Positions 26,948 through 39,589 of a stretch of DNA of 58,237 nucleotides are shown piece after piece. A model generated the notes under the pieces. That model was given only the letters and a program-made list of their open reading frames with translations, made no database searches and was not told the DNA's origin. Location: assembly GCA_900088475.1 (NCBI GenBank), contig FLMG01002222.1:1-58237 (forward strand), written 5' to 3'. Position 1 is the first letter of the stretch. Every line of letters starts with the position of its first letter. This DNA is from Hyphochytrium catenoides. Its lineage: Eukaryota > Protista > Hyphochytriomycota. The translations under genes were made by a program, and so were the position numbers.

Positions 26948-29504
26948 GGGTCACCACCAAAAGGAGTGATAGTAACAAAAGCTATTTCTTTGCTTCGCTT
27001 AGGGCTTTGTCACGCCTTTTGTAGAATCGGCCGTTTAGGCAGAATGTCATTAAGAAGCTTGACAAAAAGTAACCGGTAAATGTAGGTATAAATAGAACAA
27101 TGCAACAGTCCTAGGATAATGTTCTAACAGGTTTCCCTGCCAAGTTTTAACCTAAAATGAAGCCCATGAAGTAATCATAGTGGGTTCGACCTTAGGTCAT
27201 TGGCCAAGCACTGGCAGAAAGTGGAGGCAGTCACGTATTATTTCTTGATTACTTGATGGCGCTTCTATGGCCTGACCATTTTCCGTAACCTCCTTTGCTG
27301 GTTGCCTGGACGTTCTACACCAGTGTAGACCTACAGAACCTAGCGATTCGTTGCTCTTTGGTGAAACGGACCAACAAAGGTTTTCCAAGCTAATCACAGG
27401 CGCCAAAGACAAGCCATACATTTTGACCCAGTCACATGGGTGGTTTCATTCGGGAACCAAACCGTTCTTCATACATATTAAGGATAGGCTTGATTGGATC
27501 CAGAACCCCATAATTGGTCCTAGCCTGGTTGAAGAATAGGCTTCCCCAGATGTACCTAACTAAGGTTTAGGATTATCCTCCTCAGCTCAGCCAGCACTAG
27601 GGAAGCTCTTGCGACGTTATCGGTTTCTGGTAGAGTTTCCCGTTGGTTACAGAACCAGTCTTGGGGGTTGACAAAAGGCGATAGAAACTGACTGTGTAAC
27701 CCTTACATTGGAACAAAGGCATCACTTTATTTATAGCGCTCTTCCGGCCACTTCGTCGCTCTTGGTCCTTAACCATCCGAACTACACTCAGCGATCATCT
27801 GAGGAGCTACACCGATGCATCCACACGCCGACAGGGATGTCAGTAACGTGTACCAGTGGAAGCTATGTGAGTGCAGCTGTGAGGCTGCCTATACATACAG
27901 GGAAAGACGAGGAAAAACGCTTCTAGTCACTCCATCTGATTCGACAGCGATGTTGACCCCTTGTATACTCTGTTGCTGCTTGAAAACGAAGGTACAGGTG
28001 TACAAAGGCCAAGGCGAGGTCTGGCGAGGTCGTCTTCTAATGAAGAAGGATGATTAGGAGGTGAGACCTTAGACTGGTGGGACGTGAAGCTGCCGCGCAG
28101 GAAGTTAAGGAGTCTCGTCTCGTTCACCGTCCCACCAACCTCTCGCACACCTCCCGCCGAAACAGAACCTTCAAATGTGGGATAATCTGTGCCAAGAGAC
28201 TGAGCACGGTTGTATCATGGCGGTGGCTGAGAAGACCTGCTTAGAGTCTTTACAAGTAGCCCAAGGTCCCGGCGCCTTTAATAGGTTGACGCTTGCCATG
28301 GGGCTTCATCATTTAAACAGACTTCAGAGCTGTAAAAGATGGTCCCTGCTACTAGCACTGAGGAAGCTCATATTACGCTTATTTGCAGTCTTCTGATATG
28401 TGTTTGTCAGAACTTGTTAGCCAAAAGGAGGGAAGCGGGGCATCTTGAAACCCCATATCTAACGTACCTTCAGTAAGTTTGCCTTTCATTACTTTACGAG
28501 TACTGCGGAAGAAACTCTGTCATGACGCAGTTATGTGCCCAGAGAAGCTCGCTTCAAAGCTGACGCTGATTGGCTGCTACGTTACAAAGCTGGGACGACG
28601 GTGTTGCTACCACTAAAGTTTGGGAAGCCATCCAGAGTCTATCGGCTCTTGCATCATGGAGAGGAGTGGATTCGCTGCGATGGCTTTGTGGCCTTATTGT
28701 GCTTTACTTTGATTAGCTGTTTAGGTTGTATGCCGTAGCTGCATAGGAGTGTCCCTATGTGCTTGCCCACGACAGTTAAAATCCTACGGGCTCGTTACCG
28801 AAGGCTAAAGATGAGGTTGTACTAGTTGCGCCAAAGACAACAGAGCAGACACCACAGTTGCCTTGAACAAATGTAGCTTGAAAGCCAGCTTACCTTCTAG
28901 TAACCTTTTAAAGGTCGTTCTCAGTAATCCCTAAATTGTTCGCGGTAAATTCTTGAAGCATTATAAAGCAGGACTGGATAGCAGGAAGAGGGAGAAGACC
29001 TGGTGCTGCGCCCTGCTGCCAGATATGCCCAACTACTACCCTCCGCGCGGTCCTATGGAGAATCTTGCGGTGGTGCAGCAGCGTCTCCACGTCTAGGCAA
29101 ATGAAGGCTTTGAGGCCTCTGACTGCATACTATCAGTGCATCCTATTGTCTTCAAGGCAACCTCTAGGAAGGCCTTACCTTACCTTATAAGATATGATGA
29201 GACCTCATCCTTCTGCCATTCACACCACCCACGGCCTACGATGCTACATAGATCTACATACTGCAAGCCACTGTATTGTTCGTCCGACGATGTGGTTGTG
29301 TACCCTTCCAATCAGCCATTTATCTAGCCGTTATGAGAGATTCACCGGCAACAGTAGAGAGTATTGCCGGTAGCGGCTAGCCAAGATCGCAAGGAAGGCA
29401 GGTTGGGACAAGTGCGAGGGACAGCGAGATAGCGAGATCTCCATCGCTTGCTGCTTTCTACATAAAGAAACGGAGCAGGTCCGAGAGACAGAGGGAGGGG
29501 AAGT

Positions 29505-29660
29505 AAGAACAGAGAGAGAAGAGAGGAGACCTAGCGAAAGAGAGATGAAAGACAGAGAGAGAAACACAGAGAGAGAAAGAGAGAGAGAGAGAAACCGAGA
29601 GAGAGAGAGAAACTGAGAGAAACACAGAGAGAGAAAACAGAGAGAGAGGAAGAGAGAAAG
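29505..29660. repeat. Degenerate AG-rich simple repeat
   Basis: GAGAGAGAAA-type low-complexity tract. Confidence 0.85.
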
Positions 29661-30011
29661 GGCGAATCCTCTTCAGTACATAATGCTCAACGGCGAGCTA
29701 GAGATTGATCCCCTTCGCGCAGATCTAAAAGCCACGAAGAAAAGGAGCGCTTCTTGCTTGACTTCTTCCTTGCCTCCCCAAACGGCCGCACTGGGATGAC
29801 TGTGCAAAGCGCAGGAGAAGCAGCGCACCGTGACCCTTCAGACGTCGCTGAACGACCTGATCACTATCGAAACTCTGCATAAGAAGATCTATTACTGTCA
29901 TCCAATAACCTGCGGGAACTAGGTAGAGACAAAGATCTGGGTTCTTCCATTGATTGCTTGAGGCAGGCTTAGGGTTAGGGTATAAGCCACAGGAAGTCCA
30001 ATTGGAGCAGA

Positions 30012-33000
30012 ATGACGGGAGACAAACCCGTAGCTCTTGAGCTGGACAACTACGTCCCTCCGCCTGCTGCCGTCAGCACTCCCACACATGTTCTGGGAGA
30101 GAGCGCCAAGTGGCAGAGAACTCTCGAGCGCCGCATACCAGCAATTGTCGTCATCCGTGTGAATAGCGTTCGCGCTTTCGATGGATTGGGAGCTTCTTAC
30201 TCTTACGCCACTGGCTTCGTGGTTGATATGTAAGTCTGTGCCGCTTGCTTCCTCTCCTCCTGTCCATACGTGTTTGGTCTATCTGCTGCAGGATGTAGAT
30301 GGTCCTGCTCTTTGCACTGATCTACGCCTATTTCACACAGGAAAAAGGGAATCATTTTGACCAACCGGCATGTCGTGACTCCTGGACCCGTAACTGCGGA
30401 TGCTGTCTTTGTAAACAAGGAAGAGGTGGATCTCAAACCTATCTATAGGTAAGTGCATTCACAGAAGGAAGACCCGGCCATCGTCTCGTGTTAGGCAGCG
30501 GTCTTTGTTGCCTTCGCGCTGATCCTTCGCAAGTGGATTCCTGCGGCTTTAGACGATCTCTTTTTCACCTGCATTTTCGTTCTTGCTCCTCAATCTCATC
30601 CAGGGATCCTGTTCACGACTTTGGATTTTACTCGTTCAATCCAAGCAGCGTCAAGTTTCTTCCCCTTACAGAGATTGAGCTTGCCCCTCAAGAAGCCAAA
30701 GGTATTATTGAACTCTGTATCTTTTTATGTGTGCCTCTGGCGACGCCATACCTTCTATCATAAAGAGAAGAAGCCTCGCCACTAAGGCTCCTATCATCCT
30801 CTTTCCGCCTTGCTGGTTATCAATGCGTTATGTTCGACAGTGGGAACGGAGATCAGAGTAGTTGGGAATGACGCAGGAGAGAAGATTTCCATTCTACCTG
30901 GTATCCTGGCTCGATTAGATCGAGAGGCGCCCTTCTATGGGTCCCACGACTACAATGACTTCAATACATTCTATTATGCGGCAGCCAGCAGGTAACCAAG
31001 AGCTCATTGATATGTCGCTCGCAAACTTCCTTGAGCGCGACCCTGCCTTTAATCTGGACAGACCTGTTATAGTGACAGCTGATCGTCTCTTCTATCATTT
31101 AATCATGTTCTTTCTATTCGCTTTGTTACAGCACTTCCGGAGGCTCTAGTGGCTCTCCAGTTCTTAATATCGAGGGCAAAGCTATTGCCATTAACGCCGG
31201 AGGAGCCAAAAAGGCAGCCTCATCCTTCTATCTGCCAGTAGACCGGGCAGTTCGTGCTCTCAAACTTCTACGCGAAGGACAACCCGTCCCGCGCGGCACA
31301 CTGCAAACAATCTTCCGACACTGCGCCTTTGATGAGGTAAGGAGACTGGGGCTGTCTCCTTTGACAGAAAAGCAAACGAGGGAGCACTTCCCCGCAGAGA
31401 CGGGCATGCTGGTGGTCGATCAGGTGGTGCCCGAGGGACCCGGAGACGGGAAGATCCAGCCTGGAGATATATTAGTGGCTGTCAACGGGCATCCTTGCAC
31501 TATGTTCATTCCGCTGGAGGAGGTGTTAGATACCGGGGTGGGAAAGACAGTAACGCTGAAGATCGAAAGAGGTGGAGATGTCCAAGAGTATACACTCACT
31601 GTTCAGGTAGAGCAACTGAGGTTTTGTCACTTTTCTTGCCCTTCACTATCTGTCCACCTCCTCTTGCCTATGAGCGTGCCATGCTAGTCATCCCATACCT
31701 TCCATTCCTCTCCTCCCAGTAATAGAGTTACTGGGTACTTCGGCCCCTTTCTCCCTGCTTAAGTGCTTTATAAAAAGCGGAGTGCCCTACTAATTCTTGA
31801 TTTGTCCAACTGGGATTAGGACCTACACTCGATCTCTCCCTCCTGCTTCCTGGAGCTTTCTGGCGCGGTACTGCATTCTCTCTCCTACCAGCAGGCGCGG
31901 AATAACAATCTACCAGTCGGCGGTGTTTTCATGGCCCAATCGGGCCACATGCTAATGAAGGCGGGCATCACCCATCAGTGCATTATAACTAGCGTTGGGG
32001 CGGTGGAGACAAAGACAATCGAGGAATTTGGACAGCATTTCTCTTCTCTTCCCAACGGCACCAGGACGGTGCTGAAATACTACTTTCTTAGGGATAGGCA
32101 CAGAATAAGAAGTGCCGTTATCACCGTGGATAGGCAGTGGTTTCCCATGCAGATGTACCACAGAAATGATGAGGATGGCTTCTGGCATGCAACTCTTAGC
32201 AAGGCGCCTCCGCCGCCTACCCCTCCCGCCATTCCTTCTACGCCTCCTAAACCTTTAGCAGGGAGTCGGAACGCTTTGGTAGAGAACATCCTTCGTGCAC
32301 TCGTTCTGGTCTCCTTTGACATTCCCTATATGGTGGACGGCATATCTGCTAGTAGCTACACAGGAGCGGGCCTGATCATTGACAGTAAGAGAGGACTCAT
32401 ACTGGTGGACAAGAACACTGTCCCCATCGCTCTAGGGGACGTAGTGATCACCTTCTTTGCTTCTGTGGAGATCCCAGGAGAAGTGGTATTCGTCCACCCC
32501 ATACATAACATTAGCGTCATCAGCTATGACACCTCACTTCTGGGCTCCGCTGTAGTGGGAGAGGCGAAGTTCTCCACGGTGCCGCTAGGAGTAGGCGAAA
32601 ACACAGACTTTGTGGGCCTTACGCACAACTTCACAGTGGTGTCCCAGCCTACACTGGTGACTAAGATTGACAGGCTGACCCTGCGAGAGACACAGCCGCC
32701 CATGTATAGGGCAACAAATGTGGAGGTAGGAGGACCATGCATGCGAGAAGTATTTATTTGCTCTACCTTTTCACCATGCCTCGGCCTTGAGGCAGTACAC
32801 GCTGCGTGGGGTTCTCTAGGCTCGTGTCCTGACTTGGGTGCCCTCTCCTTCTGTATCAGGTCATTCACTTCGATCGGGTGACGAAGACAGTAGGCGGCGT
32901 ATTCACCAACAAGGCGGGAGAGGTACAGGCCCTGTGGTCCTCCTTCAGTTATCAGGAGGACGGAGAAAGAAAGGAAATCTTTCGGGGCCTCCCGGTGGAG

Positions 33001-33792
33001 ATCGTGCTGGACCTGGTCGAGGATCTCAGAGCAGAGAGAGAACCTACCGTCCGCTCTATCGGAGTACAGCTCCTGCCCGTTGCACTGTCAAAGGCTAGAG
33101 CTGGGATGAACCTGCCGGACTCCTGGATCAGCAAGCTGGAAGAGAAGCACGAGGACAAGAGGCAGGTGCTCACCGTCAAGCGCCTCATTGCCGCTACAGA
33201 CGCTGCGGAGAAGCTCAAGAACGGAGATATGATCCTCGCTATCGACTCCATCGTCACGGGAACCTTCAGGGACGTAGAGGAGGCCACTGGAAAGAAGGAA
33301 ATGGTGGATGTTACTATACTCAGGGATGGCGTGGAAATGACGTTGTCGGTCAAGACCGCGACACTAACGACTATCGGGACAGACAGGGTGGTGCTGTGGA
33401 GCGGAATGATGATCCAAGAGCCGCACTTTGCCGTCACTTCCTTGGGATACCTCCCGCCAGAAGGAGGAGGCTGCTATGTGTCTCGCTGGTGCTACGGCTC
33501 CCCGGCGCATAAGTTCGGCCTGAGAGCTACGATATGGGTAATTGAGGTCAACGGTATCCCCACTCCAGACTTGGACTCCTTCATCAAGGTGGTCTCCAGC
33601 CTTGGAGACAACGAGTTTACTCGACTTAAGACAAAGGACCTCAATACTAAGGTCAAGGTATTCACACTGAAGACGGACTACGACTACTGGGCGACGGAGG
33701 AGCTTCGACGAGTTGGCCGCAGCTGGCAATTCAGATCTTCGACAACAGACGTGACCGGAGAGGGAAGAGGTGCGCCTTCTAAGACGAAGTAA
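30012..33792 (+). CDS. NMA111: Nma111/Ynm3 / Deg7-type tandem HtrA serine protease with PDZ domains, 7 exons
   Basis: ATGFVVD, TNRHV (catalytic His), YRDPVHDFG (Asp) and [10 protein letters not shown] (Ser). Also [13 protein letters not shown], a second degenerate protease domain ([11 protein letters not shown]) and PDZ motifs. All six introns are GT-AG and phase-consistent. Confidence 0.95.
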
Positions 33793-35271
33793 GCATGGAT
33801 TAGTCATTGTAAACAGGCAAGGATGTTTCCGATGCCTACATCGTTGAAGGTACGACCACATATGGCTGTGGGACCGCTCAACATCAGTCCACAGAGGGTT
33901 GTAAGCTGATACTTTCATACCGAAGCCTAGGCTCTCTACTAGTTTGTCCGCTTTGTGCCACTATTGTTAATCTAAAGACAGTTCACAAGCCTCTGAACTA
34001 ACAGGTCATGGAGCATTCGCAGTTCATCCGTGCACTCCTACCTTGGCCCTCTTGTGTCGACCAAACTCTAGTCTTACCCTCTACTTTGATCGCTTCGATA
34101 TCTCTTATTGGAAGAGGATGTACTTGTAAGATGCATCAACTAGAAGGCAGGAACAGGTGTGCGTGTGATAGGTAGTGAGATGAGATACCACACCATCGAA
34201 CGGCAAGACTTGTGCCCGCTGATGCTTCTATATTAACCGCTAGATAGCCGTCCTTGTTTCCTCCGCTTGTTGTTGAATGTACTGTCCTGTGAGGAGAGAG
34301 AAAATGAGAAGAGCTCTTCTTTCGCCCCTGTCTCTGCTTGGACTGTCATTCACTAACAACTCTCGGCTCTGAGTGATAAGTACACACCTAAAAGCAAAAA
34401 TGAACCGCTGGCACACACACTCCTAGACGTCGGCAGCTCCAAAGACGGTGCCAGTGGTTTACTCTGATCGACTGAAGTGTATGGGCTAGCTGCTGGCTAT
34501 TCCAATCGCTCTTTGCCATGCCTTCCTCATCTTCTTTTCTCAAACAAGACTTCTCACCCCTGAATGCGGCCTTCGGCCTCTCTTGTCCTTTATTACTTGC
34601 CTTATCTCTGCAAGTCTTGCTCTATTAACGACATCTTTCCTCTGTCTACTGCACAGGCAGCTATTATGACCATTCAGCTGACGGATAGAAGGAGGTCTGA
34701 ATCAAGGCTCTCCAAACCTTTTGGCAGGACACCGCCTGAGTATGCTTACCGCCAATGTCGACACGCATATTGACAAAGGGATCCTACTAACTCGTGATGA
34801 AGCGCCACTCGTGATGCAAGCAGCAAAGAAAGACAGCAGCGAGAAGCTGGACAGAAAGTTAGCAGGCGTGGCATCAACAAACCCAAGGATGCATGCTCTA
34901 TATACTTTAAATAATCTTCTTCTTATCCTCAAACCCAATCGTCATCCACGTCTAGTGGCGCGGGACTATCTTATGGATATTCTGTGGGAACATCGTTTTA
35001 TAAAGAGAAGCATTCACCCGCAGCAGCAGCTGTGATCTTTCTTCTGCTCCTCCATCATCTCAGCTTCTTCCTTCTCTCTCTGCCTTGAGCCTCCTCAGCG
35101 TCCGTGGGCGGCTAATCTATAGGACATAAGTTTCAATAAGCCCTCATATTTAGCTGTTCTCGGCTTATGATTAGGGCAGCTTGGTCTGCAGCTGTATGTC
35201 CCTGGTCAAGCTTGACACTCTCCGCATCACCGCGGCCTCCCTGGATCCTGGAAAGGCGAGAGATATCTTTG

Positions 35272-35320
35272 TTGTCACACACTGAAGGCTCGCTTGTCAC
35301 ACACTGAAGGCTCGCTTGTC
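35272..35320. repeat. Tandem duplication, 22-bp unit x2.2
   Basis: TTGTCACACACTGAAGGCTCGC twice plus TTGTC. Confidence 0.95.
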
Positions 35321-35950
35321 CTTTGCAGAGCACACGTGAGCCGCCCGCCTCTCCATAGCTCCGTAGTACTGCTGGTGACAGGAAGGGATGATGGGCTCGA
35401 AGTGGTTCCATCAGTTTCCTAGCTGCGCTTCTTCGTTTGCTGCTCGTCTTCCGGGTTATTTTCCTAGGAGCACAAGTATTATGCAAGAAGCAGCTGCCTT
35501 TCTCCATGTCTGCTCCCTTCTCCTTGCTTTTCCTTCCATGTCTGCCTCCTTCCACCGGCTGACGCTCCTTGATGAGCGGCACTCCTCTCCTTTTGTACTG
35601 GCGCACTTCTAGGATGCGTTGCTTCTCTTCGTCAGCTTCAGAACTTCCCTCTCTATCTCTCCTCCCCCTCTTTCCCTCCTCTTCTCTCACCCTCTCTTCT
35701 CTCTCTTTCTCCCCGGGCTGACCTCTCCTTTCCTCTACCCCGGCCCGCTCTCTTGCTTGGCTCTTCCTCAGCCGCTCTTCTGTTCCATTCGCTTGTTGTT
35801 GTCTCCATCAGTCAGCAACCTCTTCTCATAAGCAAGCCCCCGTCTCCATGATGTCCCTGTATTAACTCTATCATCACGGTCTTTCTTTCAAGTTAGTGTA
35901 CGCTGCTGTCTCTCGCCTTTCCTCAGATTCCCCTCCAGCGTCCGACTCCC

Positions 35951-36060
35951 CTCAGAATGGCAAGGACAGATCTTTGGTGTTATCCTGCAAGCGCTTCTCA
36001 GAATGGCAGGACAGATCTTTGGTGTTATCCTGCAAGCGCTTCTCAGAATGGCAGAACAGA
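35951..36060. repeat. Tandem duplication, 45-bp unit (in frame, GQIFGVILQALLRMA x2)
   Basis: AGGACAGATCTTTGGTGTTATCCTGCAAGCGCTTCTCAGAATGGC at 35963 and 36008. Confidence 0.95.
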
Positions 36061-36145
36061 GCAGCTGCGAGGAGGAATACTTCTATGTTCTATTCAGTGA
36101 GATTGTCATGATGTTCTTCAGCAGCCGAACGCAAAGGATGGGACC

Positions 36146-36423
36146 ATCGACCATCGAGCCCGGCAGCAACACTACTTCTACTACTACCTTGCTCCAACTT
36201 CGATGCCGCCCAAACGCATCACAACTGCAAATAAGCTCCTCCAAGCAACAGTCTTTCCAAGAATATCATACTTCCTTTCATATTCAAAATTATAATCAGC
36301 AACAACTTCGTCATGCCCCCGCGAACGTTGTTATGAGCCCAGAAAACCGATAGAGTCAATCAATACTCTGACAACATATACTACGAGAGTCAACAACTTT
36401 TTTAGGACGATCCCGTCTATCGA
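36146..36423 (-). mobile_element. ~270-bp insertion flanked by ATCGA duplication, containing an ankyrin-like remnant
   Basis: ATCGA at 36146-36150 and 36419-36423; removing the insert restores ...NAKDGTIDLQWQLLEARIKL. The minus strand of the insert reads RGHDEVVADY and VMR/WAASK. Its composition (ACT/CAA repeats) resembles the 42-46 kb island. Confidence 0.5.
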
Positions 36424-37979
36424 TCTTCAATGGCAGTTACTGGAGGCAAGGATTAAGTTGGAGTCTCTAGGGAGATCAGAAAGGGAGAAACAAAAGCAAG
36501 AGTTCAAAGCCAAGATCTTGCCCTTCGTGGAGAAGGTGCTCAACGAAGCGAGCACTGAGGGGCTATCCGTTTCCGAAGCGGAAGGATCATAAGGACGGTG
36601 AAGGAAGGACCACTGAAACATATTGGGAAGAATGTGTGGACGCTGCGAAACACTTTGCAACCATTTTAAAGCTCTACCCTTGGTTAGTCGCTGCTCTGAA
36701 GCCTACATTCTACGACGAGCTGGTTCGCAAGAAGCAGTCTTTCTTCACACTCCTTGGAATCAAGGACCCTAGGGAAGCAAAGGAGGTACCGGCCAGGGGT
36801 TGTAAACCCAAATCGCTGACGAGGAGGAAGGGTGAAGACGGTGGTGGCCTAGAGGAGGGTGATCAAGAAGAAGACAATGAAGCAGAGGATGAGCAAGTCG
36901 CTCTTAGAGCAGCTTCTGACTCTGTTGACCGCCCCGGAGAAGATTGCAAGGGAATCGTCTCTGAATCAAGCGATGAGGAGGCCGTCCTTGAAACAGAGGA
37001 CAAGCTGGAAGGGGCTGCGACTGAAGAAGAATCGTTGAGAATATCGCTCTCCTCCGCGAAGGACTCGGACATATGGAAGTATCTGTTTCACTCTCTTGGC
37101 CTGGAGCCCGTGGAAGAGCTTCAACAACCCGTTGAAGAATGCATTCACAGTGCCCGTACACTTGTAAGATTAAGGGCTACAATGAACAACTGGTCTCCAG
37201 CACAACAAGAGTCAGAACTTTGCTGCATCCTTCAAGATCTCTTGGCGCCATTGAGGTGATGAAAAAGGAGTCCTTAGAGAGGGAGCTTTCTCTCTCTTTT
37301 TCTCCCTCTCTGGCGGACCTCAGCCACCTTTCGGAAACCTGTAAAGCAGTCGAGGGAGCCTCCCCCAGCGACGAGAAGGCTGTTTCACTGCCGACATCTT
37401 TATGTGAAGCCTATATCAAAGTTCTTCAATGGGTAGAAGAGGAGAACACGAAAAGACATGAAAGTCGCTCTGTGTTTGAAGAGAAAGTAAAGGCGGCAAG
37501 AGCTACCGCAAAAAGTAAGTTGGAACTTCGCGCGAGGAATATGGAGAAAGCCAAGGCGCAGCTCAGTCAACTTCTGGAGGAACAGAGACGCATTGAGTTA
37601 GAAGTTTTGAAGAGAAATTTGGAGGAGAACAAGCTTCAGGAGGACCAAATTTTGAAGGAGAGGAGAAGAATTGAGGAGAGAATTAAGGCAGTGCAACAGA
37701 ATGTACGCACTTGTTTAGAAGAAGACTTGAAGTCGGAGGTTTGCCCCGTGGGGGACCCGGTCCACTCTAAGAAGAAGGACCCAAGGTAAAGTCTCGCCTC
37801 TCATAATGTCTCACCGTTTCCTTTCTCGTTCTGCTAATTGACGACCACCCGTGTCTGCTCACTACTGCCCATTCAGTCCTAGGTGACACTCTTTAACCTC
37901 GCCCTAGCTCTCTAGGCTTGTGGTACTCCCATCTTTTGTGGACCTCAGTTGTTGTGTCCCTCCTGCTGCTGTTGCAGCT

Positions 37980-38171
37980 GCTACGGTTCATGTCTATCGT
38001 CACACTTCTTCTCTCTCTATCTCTTCTTGTCTTACACCCCTATCCCCCCTTCCCCTTATCGCAAGCTACGGTTCATGTCTATGGCACCTTGCGCCATCTT
38101 CCCGTCACACTTCTTCTCTCTCTATCTCTTCTTATCTTACACCCCTATCCCCCTTTCCCCTTATCGCAAGC
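37980..38171. repeat. Tandem duplication (~85/105-bp units) of an intron polypyrimidine/3' region
   Basis: GCTACGGTTCATGTCTAT...CGTCACACTTCTTCTCTCTCTATCTCTTCTT..CCCCTTATCGCAAG occurs twice; the second copy carries ~19 extra bp. Confidence 0.9.
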
Positions 38172-39589
38172 CACAGTGCCGTCTCTAGCCAAAAGCGGGC
38201 AGTTGAAGAAGAGGTCAACAATCAGCAGAAGAAGATGGCGATGGTAAAGGAAGAGGAAAATTATGTTGCAGCAGTTGGCCGGCTGTTGGATGCCGTCATT
38301 TCGTATCGCAGGAAAGAGCTGGAGGGGTATCTTTCAGCCTTCACTCCTGTGTCCAAGGATGCTCAAGAAACTGCCACAAAGGGGCTGGTAAGTTACAAGC
38401 AAGGCACACAAATGGAATTGATTGTTGGTGGAGGAAAGAGAGAGAGATAAGGTCGGGAAAGGGAAGAGGACAGGGGGAAGCTGGGGCAGCAGCAAAGAGG
38501 TCACGAGGGACGGGAAGGAGAAAATGTTGAGAGTAAGAGGGAGAAAGATAGGAGAGAGAGAGGCCGAGCCAGAGAAGAGAGGGCAGCACCTCATTTTCTG
38601 CAGAGGAACAGACGCTTTTAACCATGATGAATTTCTCGATCTCTGTCGCTATATGATCCTGCTGACCCATCGCAGGCAGAAACTATTCCCAAGGTCCAAG
38701 CTGCCCTGACGGCTTTCTGCACTTTACACTGGCAAAGGATTACGGTCGCAGAGCCCAAACTGGAAGCGACGAGACAGGACCTCGAAATGCACCTACAACT
38801 TTATGGGACTGAATGCAAAAGAGAACAAGAGAGTCTAGAAGAGCGCATTCAGGAGTAGGAGAGAGCTCAACAGAAAAGTGAACAAGCACTGGACCAGACT
38901 TTCTATTCTCAGAAAATGTTCTGGGATTCTTTCTATCCTCATCTTCCGGTAGAAGACTGCAACAGGCTGTTGGAATGGATGAACCACCTTCAGATGCAGG
39001 CACCAGCTGCAAATATGAAGGATATGTGCAGCAGGTTCAGCATGGGGCTACGACGGCAGATGGCAGAGGCCAGGCAGAGGAGTTTGGCATCGTCACACCA
39101 AACTAACCCAATCGCTGGCGATCCCCTTAGTAATTCAACCTTTAACGCTGCTGTGGCTCCCATAAGAACCTCTGGGGCTACCAAAAGAAAGAGTGAGAAA
39201 GAGCTTCTTTCTAGCAACAAGCGAGGTGCAGGAGACCCTACCGTGTCTTCTTCCTCCTCGCGCTCTATCGCACTTCCTCCTTCATCGTCCTCACCAGAGA
39301 ATGGGACTCAAAAGGACGATGATGAGAAGAACGCTCCCAGCTTCAAGGCACGTAAGCGGGTTCAAGCGTCTTGATGTGCATGAGAGAGTTAGAGGAATGA
39401 GATCTATGCGGAGAGACAAGGCGAGAGCGACTGATAAACCAGAGGGGCCAAGGACGAAAAGAAGAGAGCCACAGACCAGTCAGTGTCAGTATACCTAACA
39501 TTATTCTTCCTTCTTTGCCTTCTCTTGCCCCAGGTCACGGTGAACGACAAAAGTCCCCAGGGATCAACCACGGACGGGCAAGGTCTAGC

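Noticed and set aside
26950-29500. Short ORFs in the zinc-finger/Nma111 intergenic region
   Set aside because: No recognisable motifs or consistent exon chain; probably regulatory or heavily decayed DNA.
19042-33918. Long antisense ORFs (19042-19632, 21847-22419, 32952-33437, 33364-33918)
   Set aside because: They are shadows of real genes on the opposite strand and carry no motifs.
35951-36060. Repeated 45-bp unit as a CRISPR-like array
   Set aside because: Only two adjacent copies with no spacers, in a eukaryotic context.
37139-37323. Overlapping ORFs suggesting a programmed frameshift
   Set aside because: Explained by the phase-2 GT-AG intron at 37256-37323.
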